Assembly (NCBI GenBank): GCA_963726745.1
Contig: CAVSDR010000004.1
Coordinates: forward strand, 312,687-376,686
Direction: 5' to 3'
Length of the DNA: 64,000 nucleotides
Origin: an uncultured Verrucomicrobiae bacterium
GTDB taxonomy: Bacteria > Verrucomicrobiota > Verrucomicrobiia > Chthoniobacterales > UBA10450
A program made the position numbers and the translations under genes. The notes beneath the pieces are model-generated. The model was not told the DNA's origin. It worked only from the letters and a program-made list of their open reading frames with translations, and ran no database searches. This document shows, piece by piece, positions 61,664-64,000 of this stretch (position 1 is the first letter of the stretch; every line of letters starts with the position of its first letter).

Positions 61664-64000
61664 ATGTCCTCGCAGACCAGGTCTAAGAAATCGAGTGGCG
61701 ATAGCCCGCAAGCTGACGGCAGCGAAGGATTTTCAGCCCTTATCAGAAACCATCCCGCACTGGCTGCGCAGTGGCATCCGACAAAGAATGCGCCTCTTAC
61801 GCCGGACAAAATCAAAGAAAACAGCTACAAGCTGATTTGGTGGACATGTTCTAAGGGCCACGAATTTCCCAGCCGCGTAAACAAACGCACCCGGCAGGGA
61901 TATGGCTGCTCGTTTTGCGCCGGCCAACGAACCGCCGTGGAGGATTCCATAGCTGTCCTCTTGCCGAAGCTTGCCGCAGAATGGCATCCATCGAAAAACA
62001 CGCTCCTCCCTACCGATGTGCGCCCGGGTAGTAATCGAAAAGTTTGGTGGCTCTGTGCGAAAGGGCATCGGGACTGGGAGGCGACGGTGGGCGGACGGGG
62101 CGCGTGGCAGCGGTTGCCCGAAATGTTCTGGAAGCGAATTGCGCTCTAGGGATAACTCGTTCGGCGGTAAGATATCCCCACTCTCGCCGCGCAATGGCAT
62201 CCCGGTGAAGAACGGATCGGCGACGCCTTTCGAATACGCAGCAAACAGCGAAGAGAAGGCTTGGTGGCAGTGCGATGCAACGCCACCCCACGAATGGCAG
62301 GCGAAGATAAGATCTCGAGTACATCCCACCCCGAGTTGGGATGCCCGTAAGTGCGCACGAGAAAAGCAAGGCTGATAACACTGCTAAGCACATTGGATCC
62401 TCTCATCCAAAACTGTCTACAGAATGGGATCCTATGAAGGAAATGCCCCACTTACGCCGTCCGACTTCAAACCAAACAGCCATCCAGAAAGTAAAGCTGG
62501 AAGTGCTCCCAAATTATCCTGAGGTACGTCTGGTCCGCTTCGATTCGAAGTCGGGCTACTTCGCGGCAACTGGGTGCCCGCTACTGCGCCGGCCAAGCCG
62601 CTTCCCCGCAAGAATTCGCTGAAGACGCTGCGTCCAGACCTCGCTGCGCAATGGCATCCGACTCTGAATCAAGAATGGACGCCTAGTATGGTTACTCTTG
62701 GCAGCGATAGGGTCGTTTGGTGGCAGTGCCCGGTTGATCCGGAGCACATCTGGAGCGCAAAAATCCAGCCTCGAGTAAAGCGCATGTCGGTTGCCCAGAC
62801 TGTCGGCAAAAAGCACGTCCTGAAAGATCGCTCAGTAAAAGTTCTGCCTGCTCTCGCTAGCGAGTGGGACACGAAGAAAAACAAGAGGGGGCCGGAAACG
62901 CTCACGATTGGTTCCCAAGTGTCCGGATGGTGGCGATGTTCGAAAGACCCGTCGCATGTTGGCGGGCGACGGTAAAAAACCGCGCGGGCGTACAATAGCG
63001 GCTGTCCTCGGTGCCGGGTCGGCTGGACCGTTCCCGCCATTCGCGCGTTTGTCGATGGGCTGAAGCATCATCTCCAGACGTTCACTCCGGCGGAGTTGTA
63101 TGTGCTCTTTCAGCAGAACGGATTGCTCGGCGGTCGATCGCGAAATCGCAGGCGTTCGTTGATGCGCTCGCGACGGGGAGATTTCCGTTTGGCGAGATCG
63201 AGAAATTTTGCCGGGGTGAGAAGTCGCTCGTGGACAGATTTCTCGCTGACCAGGCGACAACCCTTGAAAGCCTAACAAGCGAAACGGCGGACGGTCGAGC
63301 AGCAAGGTGAGTTGGGCTTGGTGGACGAGGCGGGGACGGAGCGAGATCGCATTGCCGGCAGTGCAGACCGTGGATGTGCTGCGGTCACTGGAATCCGCGG
63401 TCGTGGTTTCGGCGGATCAGGAAGCGGTCGAGTTTTTGATCGCGTCGGCGCTGGCGAAGATTTGGAAGCACGCGTTTCGCGATGAAGAGGCGGCGCTGGG
63501 GCAGGCGCGCGGGTTTGAGGGCGATGCTTATGCGGATCGGGTGCGGACTGATTTTCTCGCGGAGCACGAGCGCGCATCGGGGCTGCCGATTCCGCCGGGT
63601 TATGCCTTCACCGTGGATGGAACGATCGCGCTGCCGAATCTGATGCAGCGGCTCACAGCGGCGCGCGCGCTGCATCGGCTCGCGCGTTGGCAACTGGTCG
63701 GGCACCGGCGCGGCAAAGCACGCTCTCCGCCGCGCTCGCGGAGTCGCGCGGCGGGCGCGGGGCTGACCGTGGTGTGCTGCCCGAACAGCGTCGTCGAGGG
63801 CTGGCGCACGGCGATTCTCGCGAGCTTTCCCGACAGCGTCGTCGGCACTAAGACGTTCGCGCCGGATTGGGCGGCGCTCGCAGGCGATGCGACCGGCTTC
63901 GGTGCCACGCCGCGGCATCGCTACCTCGTGCTGAACTACGAGATGTTTCAGCAGGAGGACTCGGAGGCGAAGGTGCGGCGCTTCACTGGCACGGAGACTG
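61664..64000 (+). CDS. Zinc-ribbon-repeat (DUF4379-like) protein continuing into an SF2 helicase-like region; many frameshifts, runs off the right edge
   Basis: About 6 repeats LAA(Q/E)WHP.KN...WW.C..GH.W...GC..C; later PNLMQR, NWSGTGA-GK (Walker A-like, frameshifted), VCCPNSVV, VLNYEMFQ. Confidence 0.7.

Overview
GC-rich bacterial chromosome segment, probably Verrucomicrobiota (Chthoniobacterales-like). That assignment is inferred from EF-Tu and gene content, not tested. Bases 1-57400 are mostly core and metabolic genes: tRNA-Thr-tuf-tRNA-Trp-secE-nusG-rplK, ispA, tsaD, an S41 protease, purL-purF-purM, hslO, lepA, tRNA-Val, four DUF885 paralogues, several peptidases, amidohydrolases and aldo/keto reductases, an MBOAT pair, an orphan Rhs toxin cassette and a lipase-CHAT fusion. 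Bases 57400-64000 form a defence-type island: NERD, zf-C4, truncated hsdM, darT-darG and a zinc-ribbon-repeat helicase. Scattered single-base frameshifts, even in purL and purM, look like long-read consensus errors. The strongest unexplained signal is a non-palindromic motif, core CTAACGA and consensus GCCTAACGAG. I counted it at least 54 times by eye, on both strands, inside genes in several frames and as the stop codon of 11 ORFs. It behaves like an uptake-sequence or chromosome-wide binding motif and also matches the integron core-site consensus.
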